From IMG/VR virus record IMGVR_UViG_3300031951_000001, positions 62,001-126,000 of that record: a stretch of DNA of 64,000 nucleotides; one strand, written 5' to 3'. This document shows, piece by piece, positions 28,496 to 37,099 of this stretch (position 1 is the stretch's first letter; the number at the start of each line of letters is the position of its first letter). The position numbers and the translations under genes were made by a program. The notes under the pieces were generated by a model. That model was not told the origin of the DNA. It worked only from the letters and a program-made list of their open reading frames with translations, and ran no database searches.

Positions 28496-29098
28496 ATGGA
28501 AACCGAACAAAAATTTAAAAAAGAAGATTTATATAAATTAATCTTCGAAGAAAAAAAATCCTACAGAGAAATTGGTAGGATGTACAATGTAAGTGATACT
28601 TACATAAAAAAAATATCTAAAAAAATGGGATTAACTTTAGAAAAAAGAAAGGTTTTCCCTGAAGATTTTGTCCCCCATAATAAAGGGATAAATGAACAAA
28701 AAAATTGTAAGTATTGTAGTAATAATATATCTGAAAATGCCCCTAAAGAGCAGAAATATTGTTCTTTTGAATGTTCGGTAAAAGACAGAACAAAGTTTAA
28801 TTACGAAAACTATTTAAATAATCAAAAAGATTATTGTTATGATAGGAATATTAGTTATTTAAAACCATATTTTCTCGAAGACCAAAACCACAAATGTGCG
28901 ATTTGTGATTTGGAGGATAAATGGAATGAAAAGAAGTTAGTTTTTGTTTTAGACCACATTGATGGAAATGCGTCGAACAATATGAGAGATAATTTAAGAT
29001 TGGTTTGCCCCAACTGTGATTCACAGCTCGATACATTTAAGAGAAAAAACAAAAACTCGGCAAGAAAAGAAAGATATTTGAAAAATTATAAAAATTAA
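28496..29098 (+). CDS. HNH homing-endonuclease-like protein with N-terminal HTH and Cys motifs
   Basis: SYREIGR HTH; CKYC..YCSFEC; CAIC..LDHIDGNASNN..NLRLVCPNC. Confidence 0.85.
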   Translation: METEQKFKKEDLYKLIFEEKKSYREIGRMYNVSDTYIKKISKKMGLTLEKRKVFPEDFVPHNKGINEQKNCKYCSNNISENAPKEQKYCSFECSVKDRTKFNYENYLNNQKDYCYDRNISYLKPYFLEDQNHKCAICDLEDKWNEKKLVFVLDHIDGNASNNMRDNLRLVCPNCDSQLDTFKRKNKNSARKERYLKNYKN

Positions 29099-29099
29099 A

Positions 29100-29480
29100 A
29101 TGAAAAAAACACTAATTACGTTAGTTTTATGTTTACTCACATCACTAACATTTGCCCAAACATGGGCCGCCGCGGTTAATCTTACAATTGGTATTAGAGA
29201 CAACGAGTATTCTAAATTTGCTTGGGGTGAAACAAAACCGGTATCTGACAAACTTCTAATTAAGTTAGAAGGTAGTGATGTTATAGTATATACTGAAGAA
29301 ATTCAGTTCTATCAAACCTTGAATCCCGAATATAAAACTGATGACGGTAATGGTTCATATTGGTATGCGGTTGATGAGGAAATGAAGAGATGTAAAGTTT
29401 ATTTATATTATAGGAATGGTAATGTTCTAATGATTGAATATGATGATGTTTGTATTATTTACGGTATAATTTATAGATGA
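29100..29480 (+). CDS. secreted hypothetical protein
   Basis: Signal peptide ending TFA-Q. Confidence 0.65.
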   Translation: MKKTLITLVLCLLTSLTFAQTWAAAVNLTIGIRDNEYSKFAWGETKPVSDKLLIKLEGSDVIVYTEEIQFYQTLNPEYKTDDGNGSYWYAVDEEMKRCKVYLYYRNGNVLMIEYDDVCIIYGIIYR

Positions 29481-29481
29481 T

Positions 29482-30423
29482 ATGAGAGTAATTGTAACAG
29501 GTGGTGCCGGTTTTATTGGGTCGAGTTTTATTAACTACTTACTTGACCACTACGAATTGGATGTTGTTTGTGTTGATAAAATGACATATTGTGCAAATAA
29601 AGATAACATAAAACATAAAGTCGAGTTTATTGAGAAAGATATCTGCGATATAACTGCCGATGACCTGGGAAGTTATGATTATCTTGTGAATTTTGCGGCG
29701 GAGAGTCACGTAGATAACTCTATATCTAACGGAATGCCCTTTATTAAATCAAACATAGAGGGAACATTTAATCTTTTGGAGGTTGCAAGGAAAAATCCTA
29801 ACCTCATTAAGTTCATTCAAATTTCGACGGACGAAGTTTATGGTGATATGTTTGACTATGGTGTAGGAGTAGAAGCCGATGAGACTTTCCCATTAAAGGC
29901 GAGTTCATATTATTCGGCATCAAAAGCGGCAGCCGACCTTTTAGTCCAAGCTTGCCATAGAACATTCGGACTCCCATATCTTATCACAAGAACTTGTAAT
30001 AATTTCGGAGAACACCAGTATCCTGAGAAGTTCCTACCTAAAATATATCAGTCAATTAAAGAAGGAAAAGAAATTCCACTCTATGGTGATGGGAGTCACG
30101 TAAGAGAATGGATACACTCTGAAGATAACGCAAGATATATCGCTCTTTTAATGTTTTCTGATATTAAAAACGAAGTGGTTAATATTGGTTCGGGGATAAA
30201 ATACTCAAACAATAGAATTATCAATATTATCTATGAAAAAACTGGCGGAAAAGGGGTTAAAATTAAATCGGTCCCCGATAGATTAGGTCATGATAAAAAA
30301 TATTCATTAAACTCTGATAAATTAAAGGATATTTTAGTTAAAATTGGTCAAGTGACTTATACATTACATATTTTAGAATATTTTGATAAATTATATGGAA
30401 GACCCGATAAAATACAAAATTAA
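29482..30423 (+). CDS. rmlB: dTDP-glucose 4,6-dehydratase
   Basis: TGGAGFIG, FAAESHVDNSI, ISTDEVYG, YSASKAA, DRLGHD. Confidence 0.92.
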   Translation: MRVIVTGGAGFIGSSFINYLLDHYELDVVCVDKMTYCANKDNIKHKVEFIEKDICDITADDLGSYDYLVNFAAESHVDNSISNGMPFIKSNIEGTFNLLEVARKNPNLIKFIQISTDEVYGDMFDYGVGVEADETFPLKASSYYSASKAAADLLVQACHRTFGLPYLITRTCNNFGEHQYPEKFLPKIYQSIKEGKEIPLYGDGSHVREWIHSEDNARYIALLMFSDIKNEVVNIGSGIKYSNNRIINIIYEKTGGKGVKIKSVPDRLGHDKKYSLNSDKLKDILVKIGQVTYTLHILEYFDKLYGRPDKIQN

Positions 30424-30586
30424 AAATTCTCATTATTATAAATTTGAGGGTATTGCCCCCGATGGATTTAAGTTAATACCTAATAAAACATTTGAAAGAT
30501 TGTTAGATTTTGACAACTGGAAAGAGTGGAAAACCAACCCCGAAATTTTAGAAAAGTGGATGATTGAGGATACTACAGATAAATAA
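30395..30586 (+). CDS. hypothetical protein
   Basis: 63-aa ORF overlapping the end of rmlB. Confidence 0.5.
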   Translation: MEDPIKYKIKNSHYYKFEGIAPDGFKLIPNKTFERLLDFDNWKEWKTNPEILEKWMIEDTTDK

Positions 30587-30623
30587 ATTTGTGTAATTCA
30601 AATTACTACCGTATATTTGTCAA

Positions 30624-31247
30624 ATGAAAACAATAACAATAACATTATTTATTACAATTTTACTTTCATCTTGTCAATCAAAAGGTGACCACACTTTCCC
30701 ACTTTTAGATAATGAAGAACGCGATAAAATTTATACTAGTGTATCAGAGATACCTGTCACCAAACCTAAATCTTTAAAACCAAGACCTAAGCGAGTTATA
30801 ATTCGGGGGCTCGGTGACTTCAATCAATCAGTATTGGAGCAGGTTGAATCAAATATCGAAGAGTTTTATGGATACGACTGTATTATTGAATCTCCCGTAC
30901 AAACCAATCCCGAGATGTACAGTTCGAATGGAAATAGTTTGGAAATTACAAACTGTATTCCCCAACTCAGACGTGATGGAGTAAAAATGATTTACATCAC
31001 CAATGAAAACTTAGTCGCGGGTGATATGGAATTACGTGGAGGTACTACTTACCGAAGTAATACAGTTATTTTGGAGTCTGGTAGATATAATAAAAAGACA
31101 ATTCTCCATGAGATTGGGCATACTTTAGGACTTGAGCACTGTAATAATATGAATTGTCTTATGGCAATTTATAATGATGACTACGATGTTAATGATTTTT
31201 GTGAAAATTGTAAAAAATTAATTAAAACCGATGAAGAACTTTATTGA
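30624..31247 (+). CDS. archaemetzincin-like zinc metalloprotease lipoprotein
   Basis: Lipobox LLSS-C; HEIGHTLGLEHC..CLM..FCENC. Confidence 0.8.
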   Translation: MKTITITLFITILLSSCQSKGDHTFPLLDNEERDKIYTSVSEIPVTKPKSLKPRPKRVIIRGLGDFNQSVLEQVESNIEEFYGYDCIIESPVQTNPEMYSSNGNSLEITNCIPQLRRDGVKMIYITNENLVAGDMELRGGTTYRSNTVILESGRYNKKTILHEIGHTLGLEHCNNMNCLMAIYNDDYDVNDFCENCKKLIKTDEELY

Positions 31248-31515
31248 TTTAGAATTCAAACCACACCCAAATGGAATGGGTGGTAAATTAGCCCAAATGG
31301 AATTGGGTAATGGATACAAAATATCAGTTGTTGGTGGTGGAAAAGGTTTATACGGGGATGGTGAAAAAACATTCGAAGTTGCTGTGTTTGATAGAGTGGG
31401 AGATATGATTAAACTTGGAGAAAACGACCAAGTTTTGGGATGGCAAACAATTAATGAGGTTAATGAAATTATTGAAAAATTTGATAGTCAACCAATATTA
31501 AAGGTAAAAATATGA
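31231..31515 (+). CDS. phage hypothetical protein
   Basis: NGYKISVV..LYG..FEVAV..VLGW. Confidence 0.65.
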   Translation: MKNFIDLEFKPHPNGMGGKLAQMELGNGYKISVVGGGKGLYGDGEKTFEVAVFDRVGDMIKLGENDQVLGWQTINEVNEIIEKFDSQPILKVKI

Positions 31516-31676
31516 GTAAAGAAGCTAAAGATTTCGCATTTTGGATTCCAACGGTGTATGAACCTTGTGGGCAGCATGATTGGAAATATAGGTACCCAAA
31601 AACATCAGAAGAGATGACAATGTGTTTTACGGTTGAGGAGGTATATAATCATTATACACAAAAAAAGGGGAGTTAA
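31512..31676 (+). CDS. small hypothetical protein (54 aa)
   Basis: ATGA-coupled ORF MSKEAKDFAFW.. Confidence 0.45.
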   Translation: MSKEAKDFAFWIPTVYEPCGQHDWKYRYPKTSEEMTMCFTVEEVYNHYTQKKGS

Positions 31677-31705
31677 AACTCCCCTTAATACTCAAAAATG
31701 AGGTA

Positions 31706-31870
31706 TTATTTATTGGATAATACAGACCAAACAGCACCTACAAAGGTTACAGCCATACCAACAATATCCATGATTTGACCTTCAGATGCTAAACCTTTAG
31801 CGACCAAAATACCACCGATAAAAGTTAGACCGTGTCTAATTAAACCCAAAATTTGTTCTTTTTGTACCAT
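31706..31870 (-). CDS. small holin-like two-TM protein (54 aa, not in ORF track)
   Basis: MVQKEQILGLIRHGLTFIGGILVAKG..VGAVWSVLSNK; TATTTAT upstream. Confidence 0.6.
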   Translation of the reverse strand: MVQKEQILGLIRHGLTFIGGILVAKGLASEGQIMDIVGMAVTFVGAVWSVLSNK

Positions 31871-31949
31871 TATTTTTTGATTAAAGTTTATTTACTATAA
31901 ATATTCGGTTGATTGAGTAAAATTAGTTAGTATATTTGTAACTCAATAT

Positions 31950-32084
31950 AGTCAAGTGGCGGAAATGAAAGAGTACTCTTCAGGCAGACGCGACGCATGG
32001 TTATAGCAGCGTGGGTTAAAAAGCATCGTTTCGATGTGGTTACTATAATGACACCCCGTGAAGGTTCGAACCCTTCCTTGACTA
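31950..32084 (+). ncRNA. expanded tRNA-like RNA (135 nt)
   Basis: Acceptor AGTCAAG/CTTGACT, T-arm GAAGG-TTCGAAC-CCTTC, Leu-type D-arm with insertion, non-canonical centre; own TATATTTG promoter at 31931. Confidence 0.7.
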
Positions 32085-32100
32085 CTAATTTTTTAATAAA

Positions 32101-32217
32101 ATGAAATACAATAACAATACACCTTTCGAAGAATTTATGTATCGTTTTGCGGTGGCTTTCGGAGTAACCGTGGTAGTTTTAAACTTAATTATTTTGGTTT
32201 TTAAGTTGATTGGTTAA
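32101..32217 (+). CDS. small single-TM protein (38 aa)
   Basis: MKYNNNTPFEEFMYRFAVAFGVTVVVLNLIILVFKLIG. Confidence 0.4.
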   Translation: MKYNNNTPFEEFMYRFAVAFGVTVVVLNLIILVFKLIG

Positions 32218-32253
32218 GGTTTTCGCCTTACATTTGCATAAGTTATTTGAAAT

Positions 32254-32337
32254 GCTGGGATGGTGTAACGGTAGCCACGAGGGACTTAAAATCCCTTGGA
32301 CATTGTGTCTGTGCGGGTTCGAGTCCCGCTCCCAGTA
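32254..32337 (+). tRNA. tRNA-Leu(TAA)
   Basis: Anticodon arm AGGGA-CTTAAAA-TCCCT; long variable arm; T-arm GCGGG-TTCGAGT-CCCGC. Confidence 0.92.
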
Positions 32338-32343
32338 CTTTTA

Positions 32344-32417
32344 GTGCCTTTAGCTCAATCGGTTAGAGCAACTGACTCATAATCAGTAGGTCGTAGGTTC
32401 GATTCCTACAAGGCGCA
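32344..32417 (+). tRNA. tRNA(CAT), probably Ile2 (lysidine type) rather than Met
   Basis: ACTGA-CTCATAA-TCAGT; acceptor GTGCCTT/AAGGCGC with C4-G69 and C5-G68. Confidence 0.85.
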
Positions 32418-32448
32418 CGATATTTATATAAACTAAAAACTAAATTTG

Positions 32449-33480
32449 ATGAAAAACGTAACTCTAACTTTAATTGCTTTTTTATTCTCGATAGTTTCGT
32501 TCTCACAATGTGAGAATGATTCGATTAACCCTTATTTTGTTAATTTTGAACCTGAAATCAGCATATCTTGTGATGTTGATTTGAGTGTTATCTTTCCTGT
32601 TGCGTTAGATGAATGTGATGACAGTGTAGAGATTGCATGGTATCAGGAAGTTTCTACTGGTATATGTGAAAACAATTATGATATTTTTAGAGTATACAGA
32701 GCCTTCGATAACTTTGGAAATCAGTCAGTGGAGAGTCAAATGATTCACGTTGTTGACGAGACATCACCACTTTTTATCCCATTTGAAGCTCGTACTGTAG
32801 ATTGTAGTGATTCGATAGTATTCGACGACCCCCAAGTTACAGATAACTGTAGTGATTTTGCTTTAACAAGTTATGACATTATATCTCAAATAGATAGTTG
32901 TACGACTAACTATATTAGAGTTTGGCAAGCAATTGATTTTTGTGGTAATACTTCAATTTCATCACAAACAATTACTTCACAAGATTTAACTCCACCTGTT
33001 ATAACTGGTCAAATTTACCTTGAATTTTCGGACAGTGTAAATATAGATTCTATTTTTATTACAGTAACTGATAATTGTGTCATTCCGGTCATTACTTATT
33101 CAGATGTTGAAACATCAGGAAACAACATTATTAGAACTTACACCGCTACTGACTATTGTGGAAATACATCAACTTTTGAGCAAATTATCCATATTGATGT
33201 TGTTATCCCGCCTGGCGATGATGACGATGATGACGATGATGATGGTAATAATGGTGGCGGAAATTTAGTTGCTATCTGTCATGCTGAAGGTAATGGTAGT
33301 TATCATACTATTTACGTGGCACCACAGGCGGTACCGGCTCACCTTGCTCACGGTGACTATCTCGGTCCTTGTACGGAAATAATTATTGATTGGCAGTCAA
33401 TACTACCTAATAGTGATTTACAAATGAGAGTTATCAAAGGAAAAGACAATAAGTATAAAAAGTTTGTCAAAGTACAATAA
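32449..33480 (+). CDS. secreted HYR-like repeat protein
   Basis: Signal peptide; repeated D.C..R...A.D.CGN.S...Q.I; poly-Asp linker; ICH..AHLAHGDYLGPC. Confidence 0.7.
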   Translation: MKNVTLTLIAFLFSIVSFSQCENDSINPYFVNFEPEISISCDVDLSVIFPVALDECDDSVEIAWYQEVSTGICENNYDIFRVYRAFDNFGNQSVESQMIHVVDETSPLFIPFEARTVDCSDSIVFDDPQVTDNCSDFALTSYDIISQIDSCTTNYIRVWQAIDFCGNTSISSQTITSQDLTPPVITGQIYLEFSDSVNIDSIFITVTDNCVIPVITYSDVETSGNNIIRTYTATDYCGNTSTFEQIIHIDVVIPPGDDDDDDDDDGNNGGGNLVAICHAEGNGSYHTIYVAPQAVPAHLAHGDYLGPCTEIIIDWQSILPNSDLQMRVIKGKDNKYKKFVKVQ

Positions 33481-33498
33481 AGTAACTATATTTGTCTG

Positions 33499-33969
33499 AT
33501 GAAACACAAAATATATCTCGATGACGTAAGAACACCAATCAACCCTGATTGGGTTGTGGTTCGTTCTTATGATGAATTTGTTGAAAAAGTAAGGGAACTT
33601 GGATTTGAGAGCATCGAAGTAATTTCTTTGGACCACGATTTGGGTGATACCGCAATGAATGAATACTTCAATAATGTTAGTCCTAACTATACTTTGGATT
33701 ATACTCATATAACCGAAAAGACAGGTATGGATTGTGCCAAATGGCTTGTTGATTATTACTATGATAATTATAATTTCGCGGAGGACATAATTTCAAGGAA
33801 GAGTAAAAAAATTAATGGAATTACTTTTCCAAAAGTTTATACTCACTCGGCAAATCCTATCGGTTCGGCAAATATTATGGGGTATATTAATAACTTTTTA
33901 ATGAACGAAGCTCAACCACAAGATTGTGTTAGAGTACAAATAGAACACAATGTTGAACACTTTAATTAA
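33499..33969 (+). CDS. cyclic-phosphate-processing receiver-like domain protein
   Basis: YLDDVRTP, VRSYDEF, ISLDHDLG, TGMDCAKWL, HSANPIG. Confidence 0.75.
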   Translation: MKHKIYLDDVRTPINPDWVVVRSYDEFVEKVRELGFESIEVISLDHDLGDTAMNEYFNNVSPNYTLDYTHITEKTGMDCAKWLVDYYYDNYNFAEDIISRKSKKINGITFPKVYTHSANPIGSANIMGYINNFLMNEAQPQDCVRVQIEHNVEHFN

Positions 33970-34105
33970 ACTGTATGTGGTTTTCTGTTTAAGCTTTTAT
34001 GGTTTCATTATAATATCTGAAATCATAAGTAGAAAACTACCTAACACAGGTTATAGTAAATGGTGGAGAAAGTATTTTATGGATGAGTGTGAGAAGTGTG
34101 ACTAA
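33950..34105 (+). CDS. small membrane protein (51 aa)
   Basis: MLNTLIKLYVVFCLSFYGFIII..KWWRKYF; followed by a terminator hairpin. Confidence 0.45.
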   Translation: MLNTLIKLYVVFCLSFYGFIIISEIISRKLPNTGYSKWWRKYFMDECEKCD

Positions 34106-34157
34106 ATGTCACACTTTTTTTTTATTTCATAATATTTATAGATATATTTTTTGCTTA

Positions 34158-34493
34158 ATGGAACAACAAATTTATACTGTGGTAATCACATTGTTAACTG
34201 TTTTAACTTCTACCGCTGCGTGGAGGTATTATGAAAAAAGGATGGTGTTAAAGGCTAAACAAGAACAGGATGTACATAAAGATAGCGAAATGTATCGAGA
34301 TGACCTGAGAGAAAGAGTTGTTAAGTTGGAGACATTGTTAAATGAGTCGGCTAAAGAAAAAGATAAAATGAGAGAAAACATTGTATTATTGACTGCTCAA
34401 GTATCCAAATTAGAAGTGGAAGTTGAATTTTTAAGAAGGGATAACGAAAATCTTCGAGCCGAAAATCATTCATTAAGACAAAGATTGGTATAA
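34158..34493 (+). CDS. N-terminal TM plus coiled-coil protein (possibly lysis-related)
   Basis: Start reassigned to MEQQIYTVVITLLTVL; coiled coil; directly precedes the M23 gene. Confidence 0.65.
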   Translation: MEQQIYTVVITLLTVLTSTAAWRYYEKRMVLKAKQEQDVHKDSEMYRDDLRERVVKLETLLNESAKEKDKMRENIVLLTAQVSKLEVEVEFLRRDNENLRAENHSLRQRLV

Positions 34494-35215
34494 TGACAAA
34501 TTTTTCTTACATAACAAATACCTCTAAAGGTAGAATAACATCCCCTTTCGGTAATAGGGTACATCCTACATTAGGTAAGGTTAAAAAACATTCTGGATTA
34601 GATATTGCTCATCCAACAGGAACTGAAGTACTAGCAATGACCGATGGTGTTGTTATTCAAAGTGAAATGGCGAATAATGCTTGTGGTGGCACAATTGCTA
34701 TAGACCACGGAATGGTTGATGGAAAAAAACTTAAAACCAGATTTTGTCATAATAGTAAATTACTTAAAAAAGTAGGAGATAATGTTAAAAAGGGTGAGGT
34801 AATTGCAATTTCTGGAGGGGGTAAAAGTGATGTTGGTAGAGGTCGCTCAACAGGACCTCATATCCATTTTGAAGTGTATGAAAACGGTCAAACTGTAAAT
34901 CCAAAACCGTATTATGAGGGTTCATCAGTGGGATTAAAATCTGATAGTGAAACTACAACCGATTCAGATACCACAACTGAACCAACCAAACCAATTACCT
35001 CACAATCGAGTGATGAAGATATTGAAAATTTTATAAAATATTTGATTGGTGGTAAGGACATGACAATCGCTCAAAAAAACAAAGCTTTGATGCCACTTGT
35101 TAAACAATTATCACCAGGATTGGCGGATATTTTAAGTTCAGCAATACAAAATGAATCAACGGAATATGTTACAAAATTGACCGAAGATATAAAAAGAATA
35201 AAAAATTTACTTTAA
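34493..35215 (+). CDS. M23 family peptidase
   Basis: ITSPFG.R.HP, HSGLD, STGPHIHFEV, VNP; ends LTEDIKRIKNLL. Confidence 0.9.
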   Translation: MTNFSYITNTSKGRITSPFGNRVHPTLGKVKKHSGLDIAHPTGTEVLAMTDGVVIQSEMANNACGGTIAIDHGMVDGKKLKTRFCHNSKLLKKVGDNVKKGEVIAISGGGKSDVGRGRSTGPHIHFEVYENGQTVNPKPYYEGSSVGLKSDSETTTDSDTTTEPTKPITSQSSDEDIENFIKYLIGGKDMTIAQKNKALMPLVKQLSPGLADILSSAIQNESTEYVTKLTEDIKRIKNLL

Positions 35216-35216
35216 T

Positions 35217-35786
35217 ATGGACTATTTTTCACCAGTAAACGGAGTAGAAGCCGAAGAAAAAACGTTTTCAAAAACAGTAGAATTTAATCCAAGGTCCGAA
35301 AGTACTATACTATCTCCTGTAGACGGAACAGTAATAGACAAAAGAGGTGAAAGTATTAAAATAGAAGGTGATGATGGACATATACTAACTTTTGATAAAG
35401 TTGGTAGAGCGTCGGTCACAAATGGAAGCAGAGTTTTTAAAAAAAGAACTGTAGTAGGATATACCAAATCAGACGATGCTCTTGAGCTTACAATTTTTAA
35501 TGACAAAAATTCTAAAGTGGATGTAAAAAAATATCTAAAAGGTGAAATCGCACCAATTACTACAGGAAATGATAAGACAGGTTCATCGACTGGTAGTAAA
35601 TTATATAAAAGTACAAATGTTACTGATGGTAAAAAAATAAGTGACTACGCTTTAGTACGAGGAGTTGTAAAAGACGTGGCACTGGCCCCATTTACCGCAT
35701 TCCAAGCTCTAACAAAAGAAAGTGTTGAGGAGTCGGAAAAAATCTTAAAGGAACAAGTCGAGAGAATCAAACAATTGATGAAATAA
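35217..35786 (+). CDS. degenerate M23-like protein
   Basis: ILSPVDGTV scaffold without zinc His ligands; ends LKEQVERIKQLMK. Confidence 0.55.
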   Translation: MDYFSPVNGVEAEEKTFSKTVEFNPRSESTILSPVDGTVIDKRGESIKIEGDDGHILTFDKVGRASVTNGSRVFKKRTVVGYTKSDDALELTIFNDKNSKVDVKKYLKGEIAPITTGNDKTGSSTGSKLYKSTNVTDGKKISDYALVRGVVKDVALAPFTAFQALTKESVEESEKILKEQVERIKQLMK

Positions 35787-35800
35787 AAAAAATTTCAGAT

Positions 35801-36074
35801 TTTGCTTGTTCCAGCAATATTTATTCTTACATTTGTAGAGGATTTGACACCTACAGGTGATGAAAGATACTCGGAAGTTAAATCTAAAAAAACTTACAAA
35901 TAAATTTGGTAGAATGAAAAAGTCACCATATATTTGTAAAAGATTTGAGACGGACAACGATTAAGATACAAGTCTCGAATCTTTAAAAAAAAGTTTAAGA
36001 AAAATTTGACAGAACGAAAAATTTGACTTAAATTTGTAAAACAATTCGGAAATGACCGAAGAAGTTCTTTGAAA
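35801..36074 (+). promoter_or_regulatory. three tandem Bacteroidota-type promoters plus boxB/boxA-like site
   Basis: TAnnTTTG at 35828, 35929 and 36029, the last two with TTTG 20 nt upstream; hairpin TTCGG-AAATGA-CCGAA then AGTTCTTTGAAA. Confidence 0.7.
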
Positions 36075-36079
36075 ATTAG

Positions 36080-36925
36080 ATTATCCATCAGGATGTTGAT
36101 GATGAGACCTTAGGGTTGATTCTGAGACAACTGTAAAAGATAATGGGCCGTGTATGGTCCTTAAATAAACTACGAAAGTAGGATAAAGTGACCTCCCCCG
36201 TGTTGAGGAGGTTGCGGTTTCGAAAGGAACTCGAGTACACAAGTGGGATATCACAAGACCTTTAGTACCGAGGGTAACACTGTAGGGAAAGTGGTCAGGT
36301 GACTTGGCAAAGTGGATTGTCAAGTTGAGGTGGGAACACCAACAAGAATAACCCATAGGAATCAAGTAAGAAATGTGGCTTCCAACTACAATATTGCGGA
36401 TTCCAATACAGAAGGGTACTTAAAACCGAAAGGTAAGGTAGAGAACGAGTGGTGTCGCTACTACCCCTAAGGAAGACCTACCAAGGTCTCTTTATGAAGT
36501 AATCTGAAAGTATGGAGATAGGGATATCTCACGGAGTAGTTTAGTATTCTGTCGCTCAAAAGGAGACGGAACTTACGGTGGACCACTACTCTGACACATC
36601 CACGACACAATCTTAAATTATTAAAAAATAATTAAAGGAAAAGTGTCCATCAGGTTTAAGTGAAAGGTCACTACCTAATCACTGGCTGTCAGTGGTACAG
36701 AAAGACCCCAAGTCCGACTGTAGTTTTACGAAAAACCTTTAATCCCGCAAGGATGAACTGGGGTGGCAACCTCGGAAAGAGTTAAGTAATAAGAGAGTAA
36801 CTTAAACCTCAAGGAGTGGTAAACCTAAAAGACCGTGACTGAGAAATACTTCTCAAAAGGAAGTGGATACGAAGGGAAACAATAATCCTTCAAAAGGTTC
36901 TCACAGAAAGCTGTAATCTCAGGCT
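36080..36925 (+). ncRNA. giant structured RNA, probably GOLLD
   Basis: About 845 nt, GC-richer than its flanks, many GNRA-capped hairpins, no credible ORF, directly upstream of a tRNA in a phage; family call from size and context only. Confidence 0.65.
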
Positions 36926-36941
36926 TCGTTTAATCTTACAT

Positions 36942-37014
36942 CGCAACTTAGAGCAGAGGCCAGCTCGTCAGGCTCATAACCTGAAGGTCGGAGGTTCGAA
37001 TCCTTCAGTTGCAA
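36942..37014 (+). tRNA. initiator-type tRNA-fMet(CAT)
   Basis: C1-A72 mismatch; anticodon arm TCAGG-CTCATAA-CCTGA; T-arm GGAGG-TTCGAAT-CCTTC. Confidence 0.85.
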
Positions 37015-37099
37015 CAAATTTACAGGTGAGCTTGTCTCACCTTTTTTTATTCTTATATTTCTTATACCATTCAGGTATAAACAATAATTCTTTTATTTT

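Noticed and set aside
36081-36365. 94-aa minus-strand ORF
   Set aside because: Antisense to the structured RNA with atypical composition.
36080-36925. rRNA, RNase P RNA or group I intron as the identity of the long RNA
   Set aside because: No rRNA signatures, no GAGGAAAGTCC RNase P motif and no interrupted gene on either side; not formally excluded without covariance models.
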